A stretch of 64,000 nt of DNA from Macrostomum hystrix (GCA_950097015.1 CATNEN010000034.1:2232001-2296000), one strand, 5' to 3'; numbered from the stretch's first letter, positions 1 through 13,426 are shown. Made by a program: numbers and translations. The notes: a model not told the origin generated them from the sequence alone.

Positions 1-140
1 GTCAGGAAATCGGAGGCTCGTTGCTTGTCTTGTCCGATCAAGACACGGCAATGAGCCAGATGCTCTATAGTAAGCTATTTAATCCTTCTGGTAGGTATTT
101 TTGAAGAAAAGAAGCATTAATGTTCTGATTTTTATTATAG

Positions 141-3100
141 AGCAACTTCACCAATTCCACCGAGGACCGTGGATATTTCTGTACAGCAGCCCAGGTATGA
201 CCAGCCTTGAAACTGAGGACATCCAATGCTGTCCCTAATTACAATTATTTATAACTTTTTAGATAACAAAGTCAGGGGGTTTTCTTCCGGTCTGAGTGGT
301 CCGATTTTCTACTTTACCCTGACTAGCAACCCGGCACACAATCTAGACATCAGCGGTGCAGTTCTAACCCTGGTCCGGACCATATCTTACCCTGTGCTCT
401 GCCAGAAGCGTGAGTTGCACTGCAGATGTTTTTTAAAAACAGTTTTCCCAAATCAAACTTCTCGCTAATTCTTGCGAGGCAAACGTTTCTTTCAGCTGAC
501 AACAGCAGCGCGTACAGCCCTCTTGTGTCCAGTGCAGTCTATACAGGTGCGAATATCATGCAAACAAAGCTTTTAGCATATCTACTCGTTGTACTCATAG
601 TAGCGTGTAACATTAATTCAGACAAGTGTTTTTGCGCCGTGGACTACGCCTATTACGGTCGGGCCCTCACAGATGAGGTCTGCTCCACTCCGTGCACGAC
701 AAGTTTGGCCGAGTGCCGCAACTTCACAGCTCGCGTGCATCGGACCTGGAGTAAGAGTGGCACTCATATACTTGTATTTATTATTAGACCAAGGTCTTCT
801 GAAACGGAATGAATCACAGAGAGACATTTCTGTAAAACTGCTCCTTCAGATTTGGCCTGCTTTAACATCCCTGTTGTTATGAATGCGAGTCTGGTTGGCC
901 CCTCACCGCCCCACCTGCGGGTCGGCGAGACAGTCCAGATGGCCTGCGCCTACGGCTACGAGTTTCTGCCGGATGTGATAGACGTCCGAAAATACACCTG
1001 CGATCAGACTGGAAGGTTCGCTTATGTCATCGGCAGTTCATGGTTCTATGAGAAGGATGTAGACGCTTGCGCTAGTAAGTTCTGCAATTTAGCACGCATT
1101 GAACTTCAAAATTTTCTTGGAGACTAAACAAATAATTTTTTTTAATAAAAAAGACGAGGTTGTTGAAATCAGTCTCTGTTATTGGAGAGCGTGATTACCA
1201 AAGCGTCATTTGCTGGCCCTTTTGCCAAATTGAATATTCCATAGAATCACAAGCTCTTAGACTACTCGAGTAGTACACAGGGTTCCGTATAGTGTGAACA
1301 TAAAACACGTGTGCAAGTACTTTAGTACGAGTACTTGCATAACGTGTTAAACCGACTGAAATTAAACCACCTCCGACGGGAGAGCGGTAGTGGCAGAGCG
1401 GTTATCGCGTTTGCCTCTAGCACCAAGGTCCCTGAGCTCGATTCCGCGGCGAGGCCAAATTAATTTGAGGGCGCAGCCGTATAGAGAAGGCTTAGCGGCT
1501 TGTCCCGCAATTTACACTTGTGAGGTGACAACATATACAACACAGTGAAAGTGTACACAGCCTGACGATGAGAAAGTAAGGGCAGATGTACACACCTGTT
1601 TGAGTGTTTGCCTGCGTACAGTATCTGTGTGCGTAACTACATAATGGCACAAGACGATAGGGAACCACTGAAGCTAAAGCAAAGTATTTGAAGTACACAT
1701 AGAAATCTCTAAAATAGGGGAACAGCTGCCCTGAAGCTAAACGTTAAAGGATATATATTTATTTTTTTATTCCTGGCGTCCCTTGTGCTTTTGATGCTCT
1801 TACTTTTAACACCTTTGCTCTTCCCTTCCCAGCTCAATAGTTAATTCTTACAAAACTACGTTTACTTTTGTCGAGTAAAATATTGTCAGAAAATATAAAT
1901 AAAGAAGTCAGCACCCATACGAGCGTAGATGGCGTGTGCGTTTTATTAATAATAACAATAATAGCGTGTGTGCTCAGGAGTCAGCGAAATGGGCAGAATT
2001 GCCTCCTCGCTTGCTGTGGGTCTAGTGTCACCAAATGGTGTGCCATTGCTTGCAGCCCTCCTGCAATTATTTTTATTAACCCCTACGACAACAGTCAAAC
2101 GCTGTCCGGTGCTTGTCAACACCACGAAATGGTTGAACTCGACGGAACTATCTTCGTCGGGAACCTGGCAGAGTACCCGTCGTCGATATCCGGATGTCTT
2201 CTACTACTATGACACGGCGGACAATTACAGCAATGCCTTCAACTACACTGCGCTAAGCCTCTGCGGTCCGGGCTACCTTCCTGAGGCGGAGAGAACATTC
2301 ACCTGCCTAAATTCAAAGAACTGGTCCAATAGTCTACCAAATTGTTACCGTAAGTCTTCAAAAAAATGTAATGCTGACAACAAGTTACTAGCTCAAAAAA
2401 TAGAAAATTGAGGTTGTCAAGAAAATGGTAAAGAAAATGGGATTGGAAAGTTCCTTTTCAATGTAAATCCTTATGTATTTCCTTTTTAAGAAAGACAAGC
2501 CGACTCAACGCTGAAAGCGCTGAATTTCATAAAATCATTAATTATGGCTTCCCCTCAATTCCAACAGGTAAAGGTTGCGCAGCTCCTCCAGAGATTCCGA
2601 ACGCCTACCTGCACCGGCAGTTCAACAACTCCGCGAGCGAGCCCTGGTCCTTCATGGACTTCGCTGTCTACAGGACGGTGCCCGGCTACGAATTCTTCTA
2701 TCTGCCTGGCGCCACTGACGGACTCAGCGAATGGCGAAGTGTGTGCCTAGAGAACGGATCATGGGCCTACATACCACTGCCTGAGAGTGAGTTTCACCCG
2801 AATTTTGCTGCACTATCTAAATTAAACCAGTTTCGGAGAAGCATATGAGAAGCGCTGAAGACCTTTTTCCAAGTTATGACGAATTATTTCTAGTGTTTTG
2901 ACGGCTTCATTGTCATCATTGCTTAATATTTTAAACATTTTTTAAAGGAATCTACTGCAAACTGACGGACCAGAACCTGACAGCCATAGCCAACGTGACG
3001 GTGCCGTACCAAACGGGTCGGCGCTACCAGGACAACGCTTCGCTGGTCTGCTTCAACGCGACAACGCACGAGTTCGCACTGAGAAACAGTCAGCTGCGAT

Positions 3101-6100
3101 TTGATATCACATGTCAGGCGGACAAGCGTTGGACAGACGAAATTCCCGGAGTGTGGTTGGCTGGATGTAGAAGTAAGTCTAGTTAAACAGACACAAATGC
3201 AGCGCTTACCGGTCGGAACGCAGGATGGCAGGATGACAATATTTCGGTGCATTTGTATGCAATAAATTGACCCTTCGCAGTGAGAGACCGTCTTTACGGC
3301 TCGAATGTTAAAGTTCACGCGCGCGAGTGCAAGAGAGGTTGGCCCGGCACTGGCAGATAATGACAAACAAATTGGGCAGCTGCTTGGGGGAGGGGGGGAG
3401 ACAAGGGGAGGCGGTGCACAAACGAAGTCAAGCCACCAGCGCGCAGGGAGGGGTAGGGTTGTACACGCTGGCAAAGCTACCCAGAGCTAATTGGCGGGTG
3501 GGGCAAAGCCACGCAGGGCTGGGTTAAGGGTTGACAGACTGTGCCCACGCCCGGCCAATCAGATGGCGGAACGGGGCAACCTGAACACGGGACGGGGGTA
3601 GGAGGGTAAGAAAGGGCAAGGCCAAAGCCGAGCCAACCAACAATGGCCTTTGCGAGCAGACGACCTAAAAAACACAGGCACTAAAAGCCTTTCATATAAA
3701 TTGCGAAAAAAAAATTAATTATTGACGTAGAAAAACTGTATAAATTATGTGTTAAAAACTTTCCAACACCATACTGTCATCATTTTCAGTTAAAATGTGC
3801 CCGCGGCCGCAAATACCAACTGAGCAGTACCAAATTGTAAACCAGACTTCAAATATGAGCATAAGCCTGGCAACTGTTTTGACAGTGCCGCCAGTAACTG
3901 GGCAGCAAATCGTCTTCACTGAGCTCGGTGTGACTTGCCGGGATGGTTTCTGGCTCCCTGCTGCTGCGCCTACGACGATACTATGCCAGGACAACAAAAA
4001 CTGGACCGCCTTCGAGGCCTGCAAAAGTGAGACGATAATTCCAAAGTTCCGAAATCCTGCTTTATTGAAACTAGTATGTTATATGTGAGAAGCTGAACTC
4101 TTCACTAATAGGATACGCTTGCCGCGAGCCACCTGCTGTGGAGCACACAAGAATTTATCAAAACTTCTCCAACATTCCTGGCGAGCAATTTCGGGTGTTC
4201 GACACTACATATTACATTGCCGATCCCGGTTACCGGTTCTCAGTAGTGGCCAGATCCTGGCACTTTTCCAGCTGCTTATGGAACTCAACTTCAAACAGCA
4301 CTTACTGGACTGAGCTGTACCCAATGGAGTGTGAGTTGTATGTTTTGTGGTTACTTTTTCGCTACCTTTTATCGCAGTCGCACGTTTTAAGTGATTGTAA
4401 AAATACTGTTTCAGTGCGTAGATGCCCTCTACCGAGCGTAGCTACTGCCACTTACACAATTCCTAACTGGAATTCTACCACTAACCAGCGACTCAACCAC
4501 ACAAAAGTTGTGAGCTTGACGGTGCTTCCACCGAACATTTCACTGGACTGCTTCAGTTGGAATAACATCACCTGCGAGGAGGGTCACTTGATGCCGAGTG
4601 GTGTTGATTCCATCCAGTGTCAGCCATCTCAGAACTGGACTGAGTATAGCAGCTGCATCCGTGAGCTTTTACTTCAGAATCAAAATCTTTTGGCCTTTAT
4701 CATAAACTCAGAGATTTTATTTATGATAACTTAAGATAGATAGTATGATGGGGGGTCGGTGGCAGAGCGGTTATCGCGTTTGCCTCTCGCACCACGGTCC
4801 CTAAGTTCGATTCCACGGCGAGGCCACATTTATTTGGGGTGCAGCCGCGGAGAGAAGGCTTGGGGGCTTGTCGCAGAATTTACGCCCTTGAAGACCAACC
4901 TCCAAGGCACAGTGAAGTGTACACTGCCTGACGATGAGAAAGTCAGGGCAGATGTACGCACCTGTGTGAGCGTATGACTGCGTACAGTATTTGTGCGCGT
5001 GTGTGCTCAGGAGTAAGCGAAATGAGCAGAATTGCTCGCTGGCTGCGGGTTTAGTATCACCAAATGATGTGCCATTGCCCGCAGCCCTCCTGCAATGATT
5101 ATTATTATTATTATTATAGTATGACCTACATTCTTGGTTAAATTCAACCTTAGGCTACAACTGCAGCAAGCCGCCCATTGTGGCTAATGCAAGCGTTTAC
5201 ACTGCAGTCCGTCAGAATGGTGGCAGCTCTGATCCCAACATCGGGGACTGGCGACTCTACGACTTTGCTGTGTACAAAACTGAGCCGGGCTTCCAGTTTG
5301 CAGGAGTAAACAGCTCCACGTGGCTAAGCCTCTGCCAGTGGCATGCGGAAGCGTCAACCACTCAGTGGACTGCGTTGCTTCCTGTTATGCGTGAGAAGCA
5401 TTATCTTACTGAGAGTTATAATTATTAGAAATAAGGAAAGTGAATGCGTGAGAACATCAGTGCTTTTTTATTTTTTCTTATGCTTTGGTTGCTTTTTTGC
5501 AGGAATACAATGCAATTGGACTCAAGCTCAATTGCAGGCCTTACCAAAAGTATCCACAACATTTTTGGACACACCTGGGGATCTGTTTAGCGATCAGGTG
5601 AAGCTGAAATGCTCCAACAGCACAACGGAAGAGTTTGTGCTGGCACCGTCTGTTGTGGAGAGTCTGGCAGTGTGCCAGGCTAACGGAACATGGACAAATG
5701 AGAGTGTATGGCGCTCTGGTTGTCAAGGTCAGATTCAAAGCGTCTAAAAGCTACTCTCAATAGAGAACCCTGAAGCCCGAACTGTGCTTTCTAATGCTCT
5801 AATTGAATTTAATGTTGTAGATAAGCTCTGCCCAATCCCGGTCAACCCAACCAGCTTTGTGTACTCTTCCAAAACTTTCGACAGTACTAACGGAGCTTCT
5901 GCCAACATTAGCGTCTCAGTGCAGCTAGTCAACATGACCCCAGTCATTAGCACACAGGCGGCAGTGTTCACTGCATCGCAACTCTCATGTCCGTTTGGTC
6001 ACAGGCTGCCCTCGAGCAGCCCGCAAACAATTACATGCTTGCCAAATAAAACTTGGAGTGCCTATGCGGTGTGCCAGAGTAAGTTTTCAACTAGAATGCG

Positions 6101-9100
6101 GACTAAAACTGTCTGTTATCTCGTCAGGTGTCTGTTATAAAAAAGCAACCAATATAGGCATTGTACAAGTGTATTTCTGTTCACAAAATTTCATCATCAT
6201 ATTAGCGATAATTTTTTTATATTGTTATTATTTATGTTATTAATTACGGTCATTCGGTTTGGAAGCTATCGCGAAGTTGTTGAAGTTGTTTTAAAGAAAT
6301 CAGTAACACTTGCGGAAGATACAGGTTATAAATAACTATTTTGCATACTCTATGTTCCTGGATTTTTAAAGGGCATCAGTGCACGGATCCGCCAGTTCTC
6401 GACAATGCAACACTGCAGAACAGCTATCAAAACATTCCAACTGAGAATTGGGGAGTCTACGATTGGGTGAAGTATGGGACTGAGCCAGGCTTCCGATTCT
6501 CTGTGCTCAATATAACAAAGTGGATAGCGATTTGCGAGTACAATGCATCGAGCAGCTCGACACAATGGAGCATTATATATCCGATTGAAAGTGAGTAAAT
6601 AATAATATTGAAACAGCGAGTGTACACACAAATTATCCTCAGTTTCCACATTTTATTCAATTCACGTTACCTTTCAGAAGTGCCTTGCAACGAAACTCGA
6701 AGCAATCTACTGTCCCTACCCATGATCAGCGTATCGTTTTCGAACTTTCCTGGGGACAGGTACACTGACACAATCAGCCTCTCTTGTGCAAACACGACTA
6801 CGCAAGAGTTTGTGTGGGCGCACAGTGTCACAGCGGTAACAGCAGTTTGCAACGCTGACACAACTTGGACGAACCAGAACATGTGGGGAGCCGGATGTCA
6901 AGGTTCGCTTTGTAGTTAACAATGAAAAATTTTAGCGAGCTCAAACAAAGACACTTAAAATGGTTATTTCATCGTTTATTATGTTCCTAGGGGGTCGGTG
7001 GCAGAGCGGTCGGCGCGTTTGCCTCTCGCCAAGGTCCCCAAGCTCAATTCCGCGGCGAGGCCACATTTATTTGGGGCACAGCCGCGGAGAGAAGGCTTGG
7101 GGTTTGTTGTGCAATTTACGCCCTTGAGGGCCATGACGATGCCCTTCACGATGATAGAGTCAGGGCTGATGTACACACCTGTATGAGTGTGCGCCTGCGT
7201 ACAGTATATGTGAGAGTGTGTGCGCAGGAGTCAGCGAATGGGCAGAATTGCCTATTGGCTGCGGGTCTTGTGTCACTAAATGGTGTGTCATTTCCCGCAG
7301 CCCTCTCGCAAATATTATTATTTTTATTATTATTGAATATCGTCCCGCAGCTAAAATGTGCCCTGCGGCTCAAAGTCCGCCAAGCCAAACCTACCAAACA
7401 GAGGTCTTTAATTCAACTACTTCGACATTCTACAAGCAAAACATGACAGCTCAGCTGGCCATTCTGTCGCCTTCGCCTGTATTTACCACCGTGCCTGTAT
7501 TTACTCGGCTGCAGCTGTTGTGTCCTGTAGGCCACAAGGTTCCTACAGGCAGCCCGACAGAAGTGATTTGCCAGCCAAACAAAACGTGGAGCGCTTTCCA
7601 GCTCTGCGAAAGTGAGTTGCGCTTCCGCTTTAATAGTAACTAGGCAATAACTCGTTTAGTTACTTATTACTTCACCACCCAGATTTGTATATACTGATAG
7701 AAATATTTTATCGTATCCAATCGGCGCTCGCTGCTTGAGTGTAAACATGCACCCAGACACCCACCCCGCCGCCTAGAGGTGAGTTGTATTCAGCTGCGTG
7801 GTGTGCATTCTTTGGTGTTTAGAATTAGAAGATCAATAGTTCATTCTTCATCCATTTTCATTGAGTGTATCCACAAACAGTGTGATAAATGCAAATGCTT
7901 AAAATGCTCCGACACACTCCAACAGGATATCAATGCGGCCAGCCACTATTTCTCAGCAACGCATCAATACAGGACAGCTTGCAAAATTTTCCAACTGAGA
8001 ATTGGAGAGTGTACGACTGGGTGAAGTACGGAACTCAGTCAGGCTTCAGATTCTCAGTATTGAACACTACATCATGGACAGTAGTATGCGAGTACAATGC
8101 AACTAACAATTCCACCCAGTGGAGCAGTATATTTCCTATTGAAAGTGAGTCCTTTATATTCGATTAGATCATTACTCGTATCGATTCATGTTTTTTTAGT
8201 TTTAATAATTCTTATCAAGGACTGCTAGGCGTAGAAGAGCGGCAAACTACGTTTCTTAGAAACACTTTAGGAGGCTGGTTTTCGACAAAAAATACATAAT
8301 AGAGATAAAAAACTTTCCCTTTTCTACATAAATTTTATTTCTCTGTTTTCCTGGCGCGCCAAGGTCCCTGAGCTCGAATCCGCGGCAAGGCCACATTCAT
8401 TTGGGGTGCAGCCGCGGAGAGAAGGCTTGTGGGCTCCAAGCTCCAAGGTACAGTGAAAGTGTACACTGCCTGACGATGAGAAAGTAGGGCAGATGTACAC
8501 ACCTGTGTGAGCGTGTGCCTGCGCACATTGTCTGTTCGCGTGTGTGCTCAGGAGTCAGCGAAATTGGCAGAATGGCCTTCTAGCTGGCTGCGGGTCTAGT
8601 GTCACCAAACGATGTGCCATTGCCCCGCAAGCCTCCTGCAGCTATTTTTATATTGGAGGCGGATTAAAGGCTCATATTTGATATAATTTTCCTATTTACG
8701 GCTCCATAATTTTCTGTCAAGCTTTATTAGTGTGAGCGATTTCATACTTCCCAGTGACTTAAAATGCATGAAGCTCCTGAAACAATAAAGCCACCCAGAA
8801 ACAAGCTTTTTGTTTTCTCAATTATTGATAAGCGATAATTTTTTATTACTCTCTAGAACCTTTATGACTTTGACCTTAGTTAATGTTATTAATATAGGTC
8901 TAGTAATGAAAACTGTTTAAAATATAAGTTTTTAGAATAAAGCTTCTTAAAAATCGTTGGAGCTACAAAGTTATGTGAAAAGAAGAGATTTGGTCCTGCT
9001 TCAAATATAACCATTACTGTTTATAAGTGAAAGCGCTGAAATTTTACATAGCTCCATTGTGCATTTTTCGGTGAAATCTAGCCTCTTCAATTTTTCAAAC

Positions 9101-12100
9101 AAGCTTAGTTTCCCGTCCTTTCACTCCCAGTGGTCCTTGATTCTTGAATAATCAGTGTATTTTGCTTTTATTTAGGAGTGCCGTGCAATCAGACCAGAAG
9201 CGACCTTCTAGCTCTGCCCCTGACAAAGGTCACCTTCTCGAGCTTTCCTGGAGACAGGTTCATGGATACAGCCGACTTCTCTTGCGCAAACACAACAACG
9301 CACGAGTTTGTGTTGGCACCGAATGTCACATCATCGACAGCGGAGTGCACAATTAATACAGTCTGGTCAAATAAGCACATCTGGGGTGCCGGTTGTCAAG
9401 GTAAACATTTTTATCTTGTCGGTATCCCATATTATAGAAGTAATGTTCGATATTGTTCTTCTTTTACAGCCAAGCTGTGTCCGGTGCCTCCCGTGCCACT
9501 GAGTCGGACCTATCAAACTGAGATTTTCAACTCTACTGGCCTGAGATTCGGAGCGCACAATGTCACAGTTCAACTTGTTTCTATGTCGCCAATGCCAGCT
9601 TCTTCCGTTTACGTATTCACGCAACTAACTCTGTCATGTCCCCTGGGACACACTCTGCCTCCATCTAGTGCGACAGAAATGCATTGTCAGCCCAACAAAA
9701 CATGGAGTGCCTATCAGTTGTGTGAACGTAAGTTTGAGAACTGAGAACTTTATATCGACTACTGCAGATCCAAGTTCTTAATACGAATTCTAAAACTGCT
9801 TATCACACAATAGCAAGCGTGTTATACTACCGCTAAATCGAATTTAAAGGTTTGATTTGCCCAGCACCGCCTCTAGTAGCCAACGCGAGTCTAAACGGCA
9901 GCCTCCGCAACGACCCGGCGAATGCCAGTGTATGGAGAATTCACGATGTGGCCTACTACCTGGCGGGCAAGGGAATGTACTTTGTAGAGTCAAGAACCAA
10001 ATTCTGGTCAAGTGTATGTCAGTACAACAGTACCAACGGCTCCGTGTACTGGACGGCTGTTTCAAGTATGCAAAGTGAGTGCCCTTGTCGAAATATCGGT
10101 TTTGAGTGACGCAGGCTTACTTTTAGACATTTGCCAAGTTGATACTTGCGATGCCGAAAATTGTTATTAGGAGCAGCCTGTCAGCGCAACCAGTCCAGCA
10201 TTGCCTCCATCAACCAGCTGGTGATCGCCTCCAGCACGGGCGACCAGTTCGCTGACACCGCGCACCTGCAGTGCAGTAACACCACTGGGCTGGAGTTCGC
10301 CGGAGCTCCCGGCATCAGCGAGCTGACAACAGAGTGCCTGGTCAACGGCTCCTGGTCGGATGAGTGGAAATGGACCGCCGGCTGCCAAGGTTAGCTGCCT
10401 CTTTAAAAGCCCCTCTTTAAACTAAACATTTCAAATCGTTTACATTTTTTTGCTTTGTGCGCAAAGGATGCTGTGTTTTTGACTTGTTGACTTTGATTGT
10501 TAATAGCATACCTTGGTTGATGAAATCAGTGCATGGAACTACTCAAAAGGCAAAGCTTTTTTGTACCTTTCCACGTGAAACTTACAGTGAAGTTCTGCCC
10601 CAGTATAGCACAACCGCAGCCGGTCCAGTTCAATGTGCAGCTGCACAGCGACAGTGTGGCTTCGGTTCGCAACGAGACCCTCTCAGTACAGACCATCCAG
10701 TTTGCTAGCAACTTCTCCGCACCTGTCTTCACCGAGGTGTCGCTGTCATGCCCGCCAGGATTCCAGCTGCCAATTGGCTCACCTAGAAAGGTGTCGTGTC
10801 TACCAAGCAAGAACTGGTCGGACTATCAGCTCTGTATCCGTGAGTAGTTGTGAAAGCCGCATTACCGTACTTACTAAACTGCAAAGATAAACACAGAAGC
10901 TTTTTAATTCACACAGCTCTCGATTTTTTCCTCGATTTCAATCGTCTCTTTACCTACCTGACAGGAATGCCATGCCCAGATCCACCCAGACCATATGCTG
11001 CCAACATTGTGAGAAACAGAACAAGCCAAGCAGGAAGCCAGTTCTACCTCTATGACTCTGTGTATTACGCCACCGCTGTTGGAGCCATTTTCACGGAGGT
11101 TAACACCACCTGGTGGTTCAGCACCTGCCTGTGGAATGCTACTGACGCTGGGGAAACCTACTGGACGCCTGTTTTTCCAGTTGATGGTGAGTTTCAACCG
11201 TTTATCCGAGTTAATAATCAAAGCTAGATAGTTGAGAGTACACCTATCGCAGTGATTCCGGCCTTCTCTTTCAGCTGGCGAGTGTCTGCAAAATATCGAG
11301 ACTCTCCGCTTGATTCCAAACATTATAATTGATGGAAACTCGAGTCAGCTGAACCATAGCATCACTGTTCAGTGTGTTAACAGCACCGGTCAGGAGTTCG
11401 TTGACGCTCCGTCAGTTGTAAAGTTTGACTCGGTGTGCCAATTCAACGGACAATGGTTAAACTATAGCCAATGGGCAGCGCGGCTGCTCCGGTAGGCGAA
11501 ATGCACAGAAGCATGCTCGTTGCTTCTAGCTCGTTTTTTATTTCTCACTTTTCAACACTTTTCTTCGTTTCATAGGGAAGACCTGTGACCCACCGGACCC
11601 TCGTGTGCAAGAAAAAAACATTACCGAATTCGACCCAGTTACTATGGAAACTTGGCGACGTCAGGTTTCATCAGTGGGAGCAAACTTCACGCCAAGTCCA
11701 AACACGTCACTTCCTGCTGGCAGCATCATCAGCATCTCCTGCAGTCCGGGAACCGAGCTGCCTCTGGGAGCACCAAATTTTACTGTCTGCCAACTAGATC
11801 GCACCTGGTCGCCATTTCAGTATTGCTTGCGTGAGTGCCAAACGCATTTACTTTGACATTCGAGTCGTCTACAGTCCGAAATTTCCTTCAAAAACTCGGA
11901 TCCAGTTTTGGAAAGAACTTTTAATAAAGAGCACGCGTCGCGTCGAATGTGATAATAATTGCAGGAGGGCTGAGGACACTAGCACATCATTTGGTGACAC
12001 TAGACCCGCAACCAGCAAAGAGGAAATTCTGCCCGTTTCGCTGACTCCTGAGCACACACTCACACAGACAATGCACGCAGGCACACGCTCACACAGGGTG

Positions 12101-12591
12101 TGCACATCTGCCCTGACTTTCTCCTCATCAGGCAGTGTACACTTTCACTGTGCCTTGAAGTCTGGTCCTCAAGGACGTAAATGCACGACAACCCCCAAGC
12201 CTTCTCTCCGCGGCTGTGCAATAAATTAATGTGGCCGCACCACGGAATCGAGCTCAGGGACCTTGGTGCGAGAGGAAAACCGCTTAACAGCTCTGCCACT
12301 CAGCCCCTCTCGTAGCCTTTGAACTTGAAACGTCAAGGTTTATTGATCATTCTCTCTCTGAAGGTCAAGCGTGTCGCCTGCCGTCGAATCGTATCCACTC
12401 GACCGTGTCAGACTTTCACACCCTGGTGCCAAGCGAGCGCTACCGGGTGCGCGATGTTGTGCGCTACGCGGCAGACTGGAACTACCGCTTCCGCGTGACC
12501 AATACCAGCGTAGTCTACTCGGTCTGTTTGCCCAAGCCTGGCTACCAATACGGAGACTGGAGCTCCATTCCCGATGCCTACTTGTTTGATG
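141..12591 (+). CDS. Large multi-exon sushi/CCP-repeat protein, heavily N-glycosylated, with N-terminal lectin-like and WSC-like exons; partial (start probably upstream of the window, 3' end unresolved)
   Basis: 23 one-module exons, all with phase-1 GT-AG introns: 850-1074, 2095-2349, 2568-2786, 2948-3172, 3790-4026, 4112-4330, 4415-4660, 5154-5390, 5503-5727, 5821-6078, 6372-6590, 6678-6902, 7351-7611, 7926-8144, 9176-9400, 9470-9727, 9850-10074, 10171-10389, 10588-10839, 10965-11186, 11275-11491 (1-nt frameshift), 11576-11830, 12364-12591. They show the sushi pattern C...C-x-x-G-(F/H/Y)...C...W...C. Less certain upstream exons lie at 141-194 and 263-~408 (ends ...YPVLCQK, C-type-lectin-like) and ~630-750 (CFC...C...C...VHRTW, second half of a WSC-like domain). 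Confidence 0.8.
1376..2078 (+). mobile_element. SINE family A copy (tRNA-derived), split by a ~330-bp insertion at 1635-1963
   Basis: A-box TGGCAGAGCGG and B-box-like GCTCGATTCC, followed by the body shared with 13 other copies. The body stops at 1634 and resumes at 1964, ending in an ATT-rich tail. Confidence 0.85.
4750..5115 (+). mobile_element. SINE family A, full length
   Basis: tRNA-like head (TGGCAGAGCGG...GTTCGATTCC), (ATT)n tail, and a 9-bp target-site duplication ATAGTATGA at 4740-4748 and 5116-5124. Confidence 0.9.
6990..7334 (+). mobile_element. SINE family A
   Basis: Same head, body and tail as the 4750 copy; the tail ends ~16 nt before the acceptor at 7350. Confidence 0.9.
8355..8652 (+). 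mobile_element. SINE family A, 5'-truncated
   Basis: Matches the family body from CCAAGGTCCCTGAGCTCG to CCTCCTGCA plus tail. Confidence 0.85.
11951..12307 (-). mobile_element. SINE family A
   Basis: Reverse-complement match to the family, from TAATAATTGCAGGAGGGC to CTCTGCCAC. Confidence 0.9.
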
Positions 12592-13426
12592 GTAAAGTGG
12601 CTTTAGCTTGGTTTAAATGTGATTTTGTTCGAGAAATCCATATAAGAAATTGTAGGATTCAGAGGATTGGCAACTGCATCTCGGCTACTGAGTGAGAGCA
12701 AGTAAGTACATGGATTTTTACTTTTTTTCTAATTGAATTCTTTAAGGGTGCGATTGAAAGGTAAGTGGCAGGTAGTTTTCTATATTTTGTTATATATTAG
12801 CGTTGCTATGATACTGCATGTTTGCACTTTTCTGACCTCTATGCTTGCTGTACTTCGATAATGACAAGGACTTCATCCCACGGAATATATGCACCTGTAC
12901 CACCAGTACTTATCTTGTCCGTGTATTTAATTCACTTCAAATCGCAATTTGCTAACACTTTTAGAAACTCAAAAGCTTTGGTTGAAGCAAATACATATGA
13001 CATCGACTGACATGCAATTGGTTTGTCGTAAGGCAGCTGTCGCTTCAAGATTATTGGCGTTAAGTGTTTACATGTACTTTTAGATCGAAACGCGAAGTTA
13101 CTTCAAATATGTTAGTTAATTTGCTTAGGGGACTTATTTTACCTTGTCAAGTATCGAGTTGGGAAGGACCATCGACTCCCACTCTTAAGATGAGAAGAGG
13201 ATATTTGGTTCGTTCCGATTGGGACGCACTTAGCAGGAGGCGTGAGCCATCAGGATCTCAGTCATGTCACTTAGTTACCGCTGTGGATACACTCGTATCT
13301 TTATACGAGTGTCACATTTAGTTGTCTATTTTGTAATCTTATTCACTGCATTCGCATCGATGGAAATAAATATCGAATTTATTTATAATTTTATTTTGGG
13401 GATGCACCCCAAATGTCGAATGCACC

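Noticed and set aside
1261-1348. 14-bp palindrome ACTACTCGAGTAGT and an imperfect 18-bp hairpin in an intron
   Set aside because: No second copy, terminal signature or ncRNA motif was found to give it meaning.
4750-4825. tRNA gene-like sequence (also at the other SINE heads)
   Set aside because: A and B boxes are present, but the acceptor and anticodon stems are mispaired and the sequence continues into a shared SINE body with a tail and target-site duplications.
4759-4977. Recurrent short ORFs beginning MAERLSRLPLAPRSLSSIPRRGH
   Set aside because: They are translations of the SINE-A head, start at non-ATG codons, and have frame breaks that differ between copies.
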